Origin: Lentimicrobiaceae bacterium
GTDB taxonomy: Bacteria; Bacteroidota; Bacteroidia; Bacteroidales; P3
NCBI GenBank assembly: GCA_022510485.1
Contig: JAFLTI010000004.1
Coordinates: 23,011 to 87,010, forward strand
Length of the DNA stretch: 64,000 nt
Reading direction: 5' to 3'
Below the pieces are notes generated by a model. It saw only the letters and a program-made list of their open reading frames with translations. It was not told the DNA's origin and ran no database searches. Below, in pieces: positions 37,024-45,884 of the stretch. A program made the translations under genes and the position numbers. Within the stretch, counting starts at the first letter, position 1, and every line of letters begins with the position of its first letter.

Positions 37024-37857
37024 TTAGTAGCGGATATTGTCTATTAGCCGCACCTTTCCCATCCATACCACGATAAAACCTACGTTTCCTGCCGCCGGCT
37101 CGGTATCGGGCACGCTTTGCAGGCTGTCGGGGCGCGCTATTTCAAAATATTCCAGTTCCATTTCGGGAACGGCGGCAATTTGGGCACACACAAAATCCTT
37201 AAGCTCGCGGCAAGTTTGGTTCGCCATTTGGGTGCTTTTTTTCAAAGTGGCGTAGATTTCGGGAGCCAAGGCGCGGTGTCGGGGCGTAAGCAGGGCATTG
37301 CGGCTGCTCAATGCCAAACCGTCTTCGGCGCGTTGGATAGGGCAGGGAACAATGCGGGTATGGATGCCCATCTGCCGCACCAGGTCTTGTATAACCGCCA
37401 CTTGCTGAAAGTCTTTTTCGCCAAAATAGGCATTGTCGGGCTTAATCAGCTCAAACAACAAGCCAACCACTACCCCCACACCCTTAAAGTGTCCCGGTCG
37501 TTGCGCCCCTTCCATTACCGTTTCCAAAGCCCCGAAAGAATACGATTTTACGGCTTCTCCCTGCGGATACATTTCTTCTTCGGAGGGGGCGAAAACAAGG
37601 TCGCAGCCGTTCTGTTCAAGCAGTTTTCTATCGGCTTCAAAATTGCGGGGATAGTTCTTGAGATCGTCGGGATTGTTGAATTGTATAGGGTTTACAAATA
37701 CACTCGCGGCAAAAATATCGTTTTCGGCGCGGGCACGCTTAAAAAGAGAGGCGTGTCCTTGGTGCAAGGCTCCCATTGTGGGAACAAAGCCTATGGAACC
37801 TTTGGGTAAAGAACTCAAAGCCTGCGCGAGTTCTTTTTTAGTTTTGCAGACAATCAT
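37024..37857 (-). CDS. panC: Pantoate--beta-alanine ligase
   Basis: GFVPTMGALHQGHASL and FGEKDFQQ motifs. Confidence 0.92.
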   Translation of the reverse strand: MIVCKTKKELAQALSSLPKGSIGFVPTMGALHQGHASLFKRARAENDIFAASVFVNPIQFNNPDDLKNYPRNFEADRKLLEQNGCDLVFAPSEEEMYPQGEAVKSYSFGALETVMEGAQRPGHFKGVGVVVGLLFELIKPDNAYFGEKDFQQVAVIQDLVRQMGIHTRIVPCPIQRAEDGLALSSRNALLTPRHRALAPEIYATLKKSTQMANQTCRELKDFVCAQIAAVPEMELEYFEIARPDSLQSVPDTEPAAGNVGFIVVWMGKVRLIDNIRY

Positions 37858-39260
37858 GATTTTACGCTTGTGCGTGGTTTGGAAATTTCTTGAAACAGTT
37901 CAAAAAGGGTGGCTACCGGAACCGTTTTGGAGCGGTATTTATCTTCTAAACCTTTCAGTCCGTATTTTGAAACGAAGATGCGTTCAAATCCTAATTTTTC
38001 GGCTTCCGCCAAACGCTGTTCGAGCCTGCTCACAGGGCGGATCTCGCCTGTCAGCCCCACTTCGGCGGCAAAGCAATATTTTGGGTTGAGGGGTATATCC
38101 TGCCCCGAGCTCAATACGGCGGCGATAACGGCAAGGTCTATGGCAGGGTCGTCTACCCGCAAGCCTCCGGCTATGTTCAAAAACACATCCTTTTGGTTCA
38201 GTCGGGCTCCGCAACGTTTTTCGAGCACGGCAAGCAACATATTGAGCCGCCTTAAGTCAAAGCCGGTGGCTGAACGCTGGGGAACGGTGTAGGCGGTGGG
38301 GCTAACCAATGCCTGCACTTCTATCATAATGGGGCGCAAACCCTCCAGTGTGGCGGCAATTGCCGTTCCGCTCAACTGCTCTTCGCGTTGGGAGAGCAAT
38401 ATTTCGGAAGGATTTTCTACCTGCCGTAATCCGTCGCCCTGCATTTCGTAGATGCCTATCTCGTTGGTGCTGCCAAAACGGTTCTTGACCGAGCGAAGTA
38501 TGCGGTAACCGTAATTGCGGTCGCCCTCAAAGTGCAAGACGGTATCTACAATATGTTCTAAAATCTTGGGACCCGCTAAATTGCCGTCTTTGGTGATATG
38601 CCCTATAACGAACACGCTCACGCCCGATTCTTTGGCATAGCGTTGCAGCTGGGCGGCACATTCCTTGATTTGCGAGATGCTGCCTGCCGAGGCGTCGATA
38701 GCGGAGGTATAGAGGGTCTGTATGGAATCCGCCACCAGAATATCGGGCTGTAGGTCGGCGGCTTGTGCAAAAATATCGTCAAGATGCGTTTCGGTAAGGA
38801 TAAAGCAGTTGTTGGGATTCAATCCAAGTCTTTCGGCACGCATCTTAAGCTGTTGACCGCTCTCCTCGCCGCTTACGTACAGAATCTTTTGTTCTCCGGG
38901 AATCTGCAATGCCACCTGCAACATCAGCGTGGACTTGCCGATGCCGGGCTCACCCCCTATAAGCACGAAAGAGCCGGGTACCAGACCTCCGCCCAGCACG
39001 CGGTTAAGCTCGCGGTTGCCGGTATCGGTGCGCGCTAAGGCATGGCTTTCTATATCGCCTATGCGTACCGGTTTACTCTTTGCCTGTGCCGATGGGGAAT
39101 AATTGCTTTTCCATGCTTGCGTTGGCGGATTACGCTCGATAACCTCTTCCGTATAGGTGTTCCATTCTCCGCAGGCAGGACAGCGACCCACCCATTTGGG
39201 CGACTGCGCCCCGCAGTTGGAGCAGAAAAAGGCAGTTTTTGTTTTGGCGGTTTTTGCCAT
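37854..39260 (-). CDS. radA: DNA repair protein RadA/Sms
   Basis: N-terminal zinc ribbon CSNCGAQSPKWVGRCPACGEW, Walker A GGEPGIGKSTL, KNRFG motif and Lon-like C-terminus. Overlaps the panC start by 4 nt. Confidence 0.93.
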   Translation of the reverse strand: MAKTAKTKTAFFCSNCGAQSPKWVGRCPACGEWNTYTEEVIERNPPTQAWKSNYSPSAQAKSKPVRIGDIESHALARTDTGNRELNRVLGGGLVPGSFVLIGGEPGIGKSTLMLQVALQIPGEQKILYVSGEESGQQLKMRAERLGLNPNNCFILTETHLDDIFAQAADLQPDILVADSIQTLYTSAIDASAGSISQIKECAAQLQRYAKESGVSVFVIGHITKDGNLAGPKILEHIVDTVLHFEGDRNYGYRILRSVKNRFGSTNEIGIYEMQGDGLRQVENPSEILLSQREEQLSGTAIAATLEGLRPIMIEVQALVSPTAYTVPQRSATGFDLRRLNMLLAVLEKRCGARLNQKDVFLNIAGGLRVDDPAIDLAVIAAVLSSGQDIPLNPKYCFAAEVGLTGEIRPVSRLEQRLAEAEKLGFERIFVSKYGLKGLEDKYRSKTVPVATLFELFQEISKPRTSVKS

Positions 39261-39273
39261 AATGCGGTATTCC

Positions 39274-39858
39274 TTATTTAAGATCGCTGCCGATAAGCCG
39301 CAAAAATTCCATACGGGTTTTGGAATCGCTTAAGAAGCCTCCCGTAAAATCGGAGGTGGTGGTAACTGAATTTTGTTTCTGCACCCCGCGCATCGACATA
39401 CAAAGGTGTTGCGCCTCAATCACTACGGCAACTCCTAATGGATTGAGAGCCTTTTGAATACACTCCTTAATCTGCGTGGTAAGCCTTTCCTGCACCTGCA
39501 AGCGGCGGGCAAACACGTCTACAATGCGGGGTATCTTGCTCAGCCCGACGATATGGCCGTTGGGTATGTAGGCTACGTGCGCCTTACCGAAAAAGGGCAG
39601 CATGTGGTGCTCGCAAAGGGAGTAGATTTCAATATCCTTAACGATAACCATCTGCTTATAGTCTTCTTTGAACATGGCGCTTTTTAGAATCGCCACCGGG
39701 TCCTGATCATAACCTTGCGTAAGGAATCGCATGGCTTTTGCCACACGCATGGGGGTTGCCAATAAACCCTCCCTGCCGGAATCCTCTCCCAGCAGATCCA
39801 ATATGGCTTTGTAGTGCTCCGCTAACTTATTTTCCTTATCCATTGCTTTTTGAATCAT
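39274..39858 (-). CDS. folE: GTP cyclohydrolase I
   Basis: [20 protein letters not shown] and [12 protein letters not shown] motifs. The start is ATG 39858 or ATG 39843 (uncertain). Confidence 0.9.
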   Translation of the reverse strand: MIQKAMDKENKLAEHYKAILDLLGEDSGREGLLATPMRVAKAMRFLTQGYDQDPVAILKSAMFKEDYKQMVIVKDIEIYSLCEHHMLPFFGKAHVAYIPNGHIVGLSKIPRIVDVFARRLQVQERLTTQIKECIQKALNPLGVAVVIEAQHLCMSMRGVQKQNSVTTTSDFTGGFLSDSKTRMEFLRLIGSDLK

Positions 39859-39870
39859 CAATAGTAGTCG

Positions 39871-39878
39871 CAAAGGTA
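39871..39878 (-). promoter_or_regulatory. -7 promoter motif TACCTTTG (minus strand) for folE
   Basis: The plus strand reads CAAAGGTA, 12 nt upstream of ATG 39858. Confidence 0.45.
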
Positions 39879-39972
39879 TTTTTTTTTTCGCAAACTTGCC
39901 CCGACAGCAAGGCAAGGGGGCGGATTTTCCGGATTAAGGGGCAAAGGGCTTGTGTAAATAAAAATATTAACG

Positions 39973-39980
39973 TACCTTTG
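39973..39980 (+). promoter_or_regulatory. -7 promoter motif TACCTTTG for rpsO
   Basis: Exact TAnnTTTG 33 nt upstream of ATG 40014. Confidence 0.5.
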
Positions 39981-40013
39981 CGCTCCCAAATTGAATTAAG
40001 GAGAAGTAGCGAT

Positions 40014-40283
40014 ATGTACTTGACAGCAGAAAGAAAACAAGAAATTTTTAAGACCCACGGCGGTTCAGAAAAGAACACAGGCAGCGCAGAAAGCCAAATC
40101 GCCTTGTTTACGGAAAGGATTCTTCACCTGTCCGAACACGTTAAGGCAAACAAACAAGACCAGTTTACCCAACGTTCTTTGGTTCGTTTAGTTGGTAAGC
40201 GTCGTAAAATGCTTGATTATCTCAAAGAAAGAGATATTGAACGCTACCGTGCGATTCTGCAGAAACTGAAACTCCGTAAGTAA
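40014..40283 (+). CDS. rpsO: 30S ribosomal protein S15
   Basis: MYLTAERKQEIFKTHGGSEKNTGSAESQIALFTERILHLSEHVKANKQD... The 89-aa internal start of ORF 39738..40283 is used. Confidence 0.93.
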   Translation: MYLTAERKQEIFKTHGGSEKNTGSAESQIALFTERILHLSEHVKANKQDQFTQRSLVRLVGKRRKMLDYLKERDIERYRAILQKLKLRK

Positions 40284-40314
40284 TCATAGGGCTACGGATG
40301 GCTCGGAATACAGG

Positions 40315-40345
40315 AAGGCAATTATGTTATGTAATTGCCTTTTTG
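40315..40345 (+). terminator. Intrinsic terminator or attenuator after rpsO
   Basis: AAGGCAATTA-TGTTATG-TAATTGCCTT followed by TTTT. Confidence 0.7.
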
Positions 40346-40434
40346 TGTTTTTATTCTCTGAAAATCAGAAAACTCAGCTATATGTAAATGCGCTCCGGCG
40401 AAAATTCGCTTAAACGGAGCAGAAATTCAATGTT

Positions 40435-42729
40435 ATGGAATTAGGTATTCAAAAAAAGTTCAACCTGCCCGACGGTCGGGAGGTGATTGTGGAAACAGGC
40501 AAACTTGCCAAGCAAGCCGATGGTTCGGCAGTGGTAAAATGTGGTGATACCGTGCTTTTAGCTACGGTATGCAGCAAAACCGAAGTGGGAGAAAATGTTG
40601 ATTTTATGCCGCTTACGGTTGATTATCAAGAAAAATACGCCTCCGTAGGACGCTTTCCCGGCGGGTTTTTCAAACGCGAAGCCCGTCTTTCGGAATATGA
40701 AATTTTAATTTCCCGTTTGATCGACAGGGCATTGCGTCCCCTTTTCCCCGATAACTACCATGCCGATACTCAAGTATTGGTTTACCTTATTTCGGGCGAC
40801 CGCAACAACCTGCCCGATGCTTTTGCTGCGCTTGCCGCTTCTACGGCTCTCACCATTTCCGATATTCCGTTTAACGGTCCTATATCCGAAGTACGTGTAG
40901 CCCGCGTTAACGGTCAGTTCGTGATTAACCCTTCGGTGGCACAGATGGAACAGGCGGATTTGGAATTGATGGTGGGTGCCACGATCAACGACATATCGAT
41001 GGTAGAGGGCGAAATGAAGGAAGTGAGCGAAGAGGTGATGATAGAAGCCCTTAAGGTGGCTCACGAAGCCATTAAGGTTCAATGCCAGATGCAGATTGAT
41101 TTGGCAAAGGAAATAGGTAAGCCCAAACGCGAATACTGCCACGAAACCAACGACGAAGCCTTGAAAGCTTTGGTTCGCGAAAAATGTTATCAGAAATGTT
41201 ACGACTGCGCCCGCGAATGTGTAGCCGATAAAAAACTCCGCGCTCAAAAAATCGACGCGATCAAGAAAGCCTTTATCGAAGAAAACTTTACCCCCGAAAC
41301 CCTCGAGGGTAAGGAATTTATGATTTCGCGCTATTTTCACGATGTTCACCGTGACGCGGTTCGCGATATGATACTTAAAGAAAGAATCCGTCTCGACGGT
41401 CGCGGACTGGAAGACATCCGTCCTATCTGGTGCGAAGTGGATGTGCTGCCCGGCCCTCACGGTTCCTCTATCTTTACTCGTGGCGAAACCCAGTCGCTGA
41501 GCACGGTTACCTTGGGTTCCAAGTTAGACGAACAGATTATAGACGGTGCGATTGTAGAAGGCAAGAACAACTTTTTGCTGCACTACAACTTTCCTCCTTT
41601 CGCCACCGGCGAAGTAAAACCGGTTCGTGGCACGGGTCGTCGCGAAATAGGTCATGGTAACCTCGCCATGCGTGCCCTTAAGCAAGTGTTGCCTACCGGA
41701 GAAGAAAATCCTTATACAATCCGTGTGGTTTCCGATATTCTCGAATCCAACGGTTCTTCTTCTATGGCTACCGTTTGCGCCGGCTGTCTTGCCTTGATGG
41801 ATGCCGGGGTAAAAATCAGCAGACCTGTGAGCGGTATCGCTATGGGTTTGATTACCGACCCCAAGACAGGTGCGTATGCGGTTCTTTCCGATATTTTGGG
41901 AGATGAAGACCACTTGGGAGATATGGACTTTAAGGTTTGCGGAACGCCTGATGGTATTACCGCCTGTCAGATGGATATAAAGATTGACGGTCTGTCTTAC
42001 GAAATTCTCGGCAAGGCGTTGGCACAGGCTCATAGAGGTCGCGCCCATATCTTGGGTAAGATGCTCGAAGTGATGCCGCAGCCGCGCGAAGACTACAAAC
42101 CCCACGCTCCGCGTATCGTTCAGATTCGTATTCCCCGCGAGTTTATCGGTGCCGTTATCGGAACAGGAGGCAAGGTTATTCAGGAAATGCAGCGCGAAAG
42201 CGGATGCGATATTTCTATCGAAGAAGTTGGCGAATTCGGCATTGTGGATATTGCCGGCAGCAACAAGGAAGGTTTGGATATGGTATTGGCGCGTATCAAC
42301 GCCCTTACCGCCGTGCCCGAAGTTGGCGAAGTTTACGAGGGTACGGTAAAATCCATTCAGCCTTTCGGTGCCTTTGTAGAAATTCTGCCCGGAAAAGACG
42401 GTTTGCTGCACGTTTCCGAAATTAGCTGGAACCGTGTGGAACGTGTGGAAGATGTGTTGCACGAAGGCGACAAGATAACGGTAAAGCTGATTGAGGTGGA
42501 TGCCCGCACAGGCAAGCTGCGTCTTAGCCGCCGTGCCTTGGAACCCAAACCTGCCGGTTATGTGGAACCGCGCCGCGAACCGCGTGAGCCGCGTGAACCG
42601 CGTGGTGAACGTCGCGGAGGTTTTGATCGCCACGACCGTCAGGAACGTCCCCGCCCGGAAAACCGCCTGAGCGCACCCAAACTGCGTGGCAGCAACGAAA
42701 GTTTCAATCCCTCCGACGATATGATGTAG
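40435..42729 (+). CDS. pnp: Polyribonucleotide nucleotidyltransferase (PNPase) with an Arg/Pro/Glu-rich C-terminal extension
   Basis: Two RNase PH domains, KH ([15 protein letters not shown]) and S1 ([28 protein letters not shown]), then [32 protein letters not shown]. Confidence 0.95.
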   Translation: MELGIQKKFNLPDGREVIVETGKLAKQADGSAVVKCGDTVLLATVCSKTEVGENVDFMPLTVDYQEKYASVGRFPGGFFKREARLSEYEILISRLIDRALRPLFPDNYHADTQVLVYLISGDRNNLPDAFAALAASTALTISDIPFNGPISEVRVARVNGQFVINPSVAQMEQADLELMVGATINDISMVEGEMKEVSEEVMIEALKVAHEAIKVQCQMQIDLAKEIGKPKREYCHETNDEALKALVREKCYQKCYDCARECVADKKLRAQKIDAIKKAFIEENFTPETLEGKEFMISRYFHDVHRDAVRDMILKERIRLDGRGLEDIRPIWCEVDVLPGPHGSSIFTRGETQSLSTVTLGSKLDEQIIDGAIVEGKNNFLLHYNFPPFATGEVKPVRGTGRREIGHGNLAMRALKQVLPTGEENPYTIRVVSDILESNGSSSMATVCAGCLALMDAGVKISRPVSGIAMGLITDPKTGAYAVLSDILGDEDHLGDMDFKVCGTPDGITACQMDIKIDGLSYEILGKALAQAHRGRAHILGKMLEVMPQPREDYKPHAPRIVQIRIPREFIGAVIGTGGKVIQEMQRESGCDISIEEVGEFGIVDIAGSNKEGLDMVLARINALTAVPEVGEVYEGTVKSIQPFGAFVEILPGKDGLLHVSEISWNRVERVEDVLHEGDKITVKLIEVDARTGKLRLSRRALEPKPAGYVEPRREPREPREPRGERRGGFDRHDRQERPRPENRLSAPKLRGSNESFNPSDDMM

Positions 42730-42746
42730 TCGAAAGGAATTTGTAT

Positions 42747-42780
42747 AAAAAAGGGCGATGTGAAACATCGCCCTTTTTTT
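42747..42780 (+). terminator. Intrinsic terminator after pnp
   Basis: AAAAAAGGGCGATG-TGAAA-CATCGCCCTTTTTT. Confidence 0.85.
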
Positions 42781-42863
42781 GTATCTCATAAAATTATCAA
42801 TGCGTCTCGATTTTTGTTATTTTTACAATCGAATTATAAAATGATATGTTAACTATAAATACA

Positions 42864-44459
42864 ATGAAACGATTATTGGTGTTGGTTTTGGTCTTGTTTC
42901 AAGGGGTGGTGTTGGCACAATTAAAAACCTACAAGGGACCTTTTGCTGAGGGTTTGGCGACTTATACATATAAGGAAGATGGATTAAATCGAATCTTTGA
43001 GGGAAAGTTTTCATACACATCAAGTAATGGACAAGTATCTATGTCCGGTAACTATATCAATGATAGGAAAAACGGATTGTGGAAAATCAATTGTGATGGT
43101 TTTTATGAAGAGATAAATTATGAAGAAGGAGGAAGACACGGAAACTATCAACTAAAATATGGGAAAAACGAAGATACAATGCGCATCAAAGCTCACTTTA
43201 CGCATGGGAATCTGGATTCTATGAACTTCTTCATGACAACTACTAACGGACGGAGTATACAGGGTGAATATAATCCATATAAAAATACGAACATTTGGTC
43301 CCATATGCGATATAGCAAATATATATTCAATCAATACTTTTATAAAGGAATATATATAGGTAATACACTTTACGACAACAGTACAGGAGATTGGGGTGGT
43401 GAATTCAAGCCAGAAGATATGATAATACTTTCTATGTTTATGGATACTCTTGCCAAATATAACTTTCAGTATGATGGTCAATATTATCTTCTTAAGAATA
43501 AAAAAAGTGAATACTACAAGAAATTATATTATATTACTGATGTTTTTTCTAAAGTGCCGGAGTATTTTAACGAAATAGCCTACTTTTTTATATATGAATT
43601 TCATCAAAGGTTCTTTTCCTCTTCTTTATTGAGAGGTGAAATGCGTATACTATTAAATTATACACTCTGTTTTGAGATAGTGGAAGATGAAATAAAGACT
43701 AAAGCTGAAAAAGAACGGATAGAAAGGGAGCAACGAGAAAAAGAACGGAAGAAGGCAGAAGAAATTTCCAAATTTGAAAAAACAGAATATGGAAGATTAA
43801 TCAAGGCACTTAAGCCTTTTGCGGAAGAATCAGAGAAAATATTTGAAAATGCAAAATATAGATATATCAAGTCTCGTATGATACAATGTTACTCAGTTTC
43901 AAATCCTATTTATATCGGAAACAGAGACCATGTATCAGTGTCTTTCAAATATTGGAAAGAAGATAGATATTGGAAAGAAGATAGTTATAGTTATAGAAGT
44001 TGTAATATCAATGAAATTCCCAAAGGATTGAAACGTTTTTCTATGTTTGCTATTCCAACTGCAGTAGTACTTATCAATGATCAATGGGTGGTTTCAGAGG
44101 CTGTTATTGTATATTATTACAACGGACCGGGCGGAGTGGTGTATAACTGGTTTGCTGATGGATTGAACCTAAATGATTATGTTTATGGTGCCAGGATGGG
44201 TGCGGATGAGAATGGAATGCTTGTTTCATCATCATTGTTTTGGATAACTGATGATTTTGGTTTTCATGCAACCCTAAAGGCTCCTTATCGCCATATTAGT
44301 TGCCCGATGCACCTGATTACACCGAGTACGAAATATAAAAGATCTCGAGTTTATTATACTAAATGGCAGAATCCGGCAGTATCCACCGAAGACTTTATGC
44401 GCTCTATCACGAAAGAAGAAGTGTTAAAATCCATAGGAGAACATTATAATTTTAAATAA
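42864..44459 (+). CDS. Secreted MORN-variant/YwqK-like repeat protein with a coiled-coil and an unknown C-terminal domain (AT-rich islet gene 1)
   Basis: Start at ATG 42864 gives the signal peptide MKRLLVLVLVLFQGVVLAQ. Repeats such as GKFSYTSSNGQVSMSGNYINDRKNGLWKI fit the MORN-variant pattern. Charged segment KAEKERIEREQREKERKKAEE. About 30% G+C. Confidence 0.6.
   Translation: MKRLLVLVLVLFQGVVLAQLKTYKGPFAEGLATYTYKEDGLNRIFEGKFSYTSSNGQVSMSGNYINDRKNGLWKINCDGFYEEINYEEGGRHGNYQLKYGKNEDTMRIKAHFTHGNLDSMNFFMTTTNGRSIQGEYNPYKNTNIWSHMRYSKYIFNQYFYKGIYIGNTLYDNSTGDWGGEFKPEDMIILSMFMDTLAKYNFQYDGQYYLLKNKKSEYYKKLYYITDVFSKVPEYFNEIAYFFIYEFHQRFFSSSLLRGEMRILLNYTLCFEIVEDEIKTKAEKERIEREQREKERKKAEEISKFEKTEYGRLIKALKPFAEESEKIFENAKYRYIKSRMIQCYSVSNPIYIGNRDHVSVSFKYWKEDRYWKEDSYSYRSCNINEIPKGLKRFSMFAIPTAVVLINDQWVVSEAVIVYYYNGPGGVVYNWFADGLNLNDYVYGARMGADENGMLVSSSLFWITDDFGFHATLKAPYRHISCPMHLITPSTKYKRSRVYYTKWQNPAVSTEDFMRSITKEEVLKSIGEHYNFK
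43949..43996 (+). repeat. In-frame tandem duplications: 18-nt unit x2, then 6-nt unit x2
   Basis: ATATTGGAAAGAAGATAG ATATTGGAAAGAAGATAG TTATAG TTATAG, encoding YWKEDRYWKEDSYSY. Confidence 0.9.
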
Positions 44460-44466
44460 GCAAATT

Positions 44467-44730
44467 ATGTCTATCATTGAAAGAAACAGAACTCTGAGAC
44501 CCTCTACAAGAAAGGTAACGTCTAAATCGTATAAGATTAATACGAAGAATGTTTCAGTTCAAGACGAATTGGTAGTGTATGTACATTCCGAACAAGAAGA
44601 GTTGATGGCGAGTTTTCATTTTTCGGGTCGGGATATCGCAGGAAAAGATTCGATACATTTTCGCTGGATAAACGATAGAATCGAGTGGGGAAAGTATGAA
44701 TCTTTGATACAGAAACAAGAGAGATATTGA
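44467..44730 (+). CDS. Hypothetical 87-aa protein (AT-rich islet gene 2)
   Basis: ORF 8 nt downstream of gene 1 with the same low G+C. No signal peptide, basic N-terminus, no recognisable motif. Confidence 0.45.
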   Translation: MSIIERNRTLRPSTRKVTSKSYKINTKNVSVQDELVVYVHSEQEELMASFHFSGRDIAGKDSIHFRWINDRIEWGKYESLIQKQERY

Positions 44731-44738
44731 TAAGGATC

Positions 44739-45854
44739 TTATCGTGAGCAGAACTCTTTCCAGATTCTTTCGTGGTCGAAGGCGAGGGGAGGGAGTTTCT
44801 CGATGGGGAACCATGCGGCTTGGGTGGCGTCGTCGCCGCCTTGTACGTCAGGCAGGCTTTCACATTTTATGCTTGCGTGGTAGACCATAGTTACCGTTCT
44901 GCCGCGAGGGTCGCGCTCCGGTTCACTGTAGGGGCGAAAAAACGAAGGTATCACGCCATAATCCTTAAGGCGGATTCCCGTTTCCTCCCGCAGTTCGCGC
45001 ACCGCCGCCCATTCTAAGGTTTCGCTTTCGTCTACAAAGCCCCCCGGAAAGGCAAAACAATCCTTAAACGGCTCGTTCTGCCGCTTTATCAGGAGCAGGT
45101 AACGGCTTTGGTCGGGAAGTTGCGCCAAGAGAATAAAATCAGCCGTCAAGGCAGGGCGTGGGTAGGGGTAAGTGTAAGCCGTGCGCGGGCAACCCTCCAC
45201 CACCAGCACCATTTCGCCTTTTGCCTCGTGCTGCCCGTAAAAATCCGCCAGTTCCTGAAGCGTTCCCCGTTTGTTTTCCGCATAAATCTTTGAAATTTCC
45301 CGGCACAGACAGGCTTTGCGTTCTCCCCCGAGAACCTGAACCAGTTGCTGCAAGGTTTTGGCAATGCGGTGAGGCGATTCGTAGAGTATAAACGTTCTTT
45401 CTTGAAACTTAAGTTGCTCCAGTCGGGCGTTCCTGCCTTTCTGATGAGGTAGAAAACCCTCAAAGGCAAAGCGTTCGCACGGCAGTCCCGACTGAACCAA
45501 AGCCGGCACGAAAGCCGTTGCACCCGGCAGACATTCCACTTCAATATCTTCCTGCACACAAGCCCGCGCCAACAGAAAACCGGGATCCGAGATACCCGGC
45601 GTACCGGCATCGGTAATTACGGCAATATCCTGCCCCTGTTTGAGCATATCCACCACCTGCTGGCAAATCTTGTGTTCGTTGAACTGGTGGTAGGAGCGGC
45701 AAGGCGTTTCTATGCCGTAATGCTGCAAGAGTTTTCCGCTGGTACGGGTATCTTCCGCCAAGATAAGGTCTGCCTCCCTCAACACGCTTTCTGCCCTATA
45801 CGTGAGGTCTGCCAAATTACCTACCGGTGTGGGAACCAAAAACAGTTTTGCCAT
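44739..45854 (-). CDS. rsmI: 16S rRNA (cytidine1402-2'-O)-methyltransferase RsmI fused to a C-terminal NUDIX hydrolase domain
   Basis: N-terminal ~225 aa: LFLVPTPVGNLADLT, ILAEDTRTSGKLL, VITDAGTPGISDPG and ESPHR (RsmI/TP-methylase). Residues 272-294, GFVDESETLEWAAVRELREETGI, match the Nudix box GX5EX7REUXEEXGU at every position. A LAFDHERI tail follows. Single uninterrupted ORF. Confidence 0.85.
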   Translation of the reverse strand: MAKLFLVPTPVGNLADLTYRAESVLREADLILAEDTRTSGKLLQHYGIETPCRSYHQFNEHKICQQVVDMLKQGQDIAVITDAGTPGISDPGFLLARACVQEDIEVECLPGATAFVPALVQSGLPCERFAFEGFLPHQKGRNARLEQLKFQERTFILYESPHRIAKTLQQLVQVLGGERKACLCREISKIYAENKRGTLQELADFYGQHEAKGEMVLVVEGCPRTAYTYPYPRPALTADFILLAQLPDQSRYLLLIKRQNEPFKDCFAFPGGFVDESETLEWAAVRELREETGIRLKDYGVIPSFFRPYSEPERDPRGRTVTMVYHASIKCESLPDVQGGDDATQAAWFPIEKLPPLAFDHERIWKEFCSR

Positions 45855-45884
45855 AGGTTTACGATTGTATGCGCGTTCTCTCTG

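Noticed and set aside
39738-40013. A 92-aa N-terminal extension of rpsO (ORF 39738..40283) overlapping folE.
   Set aside because: S15 is an ~89-aa protein. ATG 40014 sits 33 nt after a TACCTTTG promoter, and the extension overlaps the folE coding and promoter region.
40346-40434. Nested hairpins in the pnp leader (GCTCCG...CGGAGC enclosing GCGAA-AA-TTCGC), considered as an autoregulatory RNase III-type element.
   Set aside because: This is plausible by analogy with E. coli pnp, but the stems are short (5-6 bp) and I cannot show conservation. Not reported as a feature.
42565-42615. Short tandem 9-nt repeats (GAACCGCGT-like), considered as a CRISPR-like or VNTR element.
   Set aside because: They are in frame inside pnp and encode the EPR repeats. 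There are no spacers, and no CRISPR-like repeat-spacer architecture exists anywhere in the window.
41524-42789. Long antisense ORFs inside well-supported genes. Examples: 421 aa opposite pnp, 259 aa at 6409-7188 opposite cysS, 300 aa at 8268-9170 opposite ilvE, 310 aa at 60116-61048 opposite serC, 358 aa at 52602-53678 opposite the TonB receptor, 296 aa at 17900-18790 opposite aspC-like, 342 aa at 23349-24377, and 308 aa at 34081-35007.
   Set aside because: Each lies entirely within a gene that has strong family motifs on the other strand. Their translations are low-complexity and Arg/Gly/Val/His-rich, as expected for shadow frames of GC-biased coding sequence, and none has a promoter motif or recognisable domain.
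42794-44733. An 8-bp inverted repeat at the islet ends (TTATCAAT at 42794-42801 and ATTGATAA at 44726-44733) as possible terminal inverted repeats of a mobile element.
   Set aside because: An AT-rich 8-mer is expected by chance within ~2 kb of 30% G+C DNA. There is no target-site duplication, transposase or integrase.
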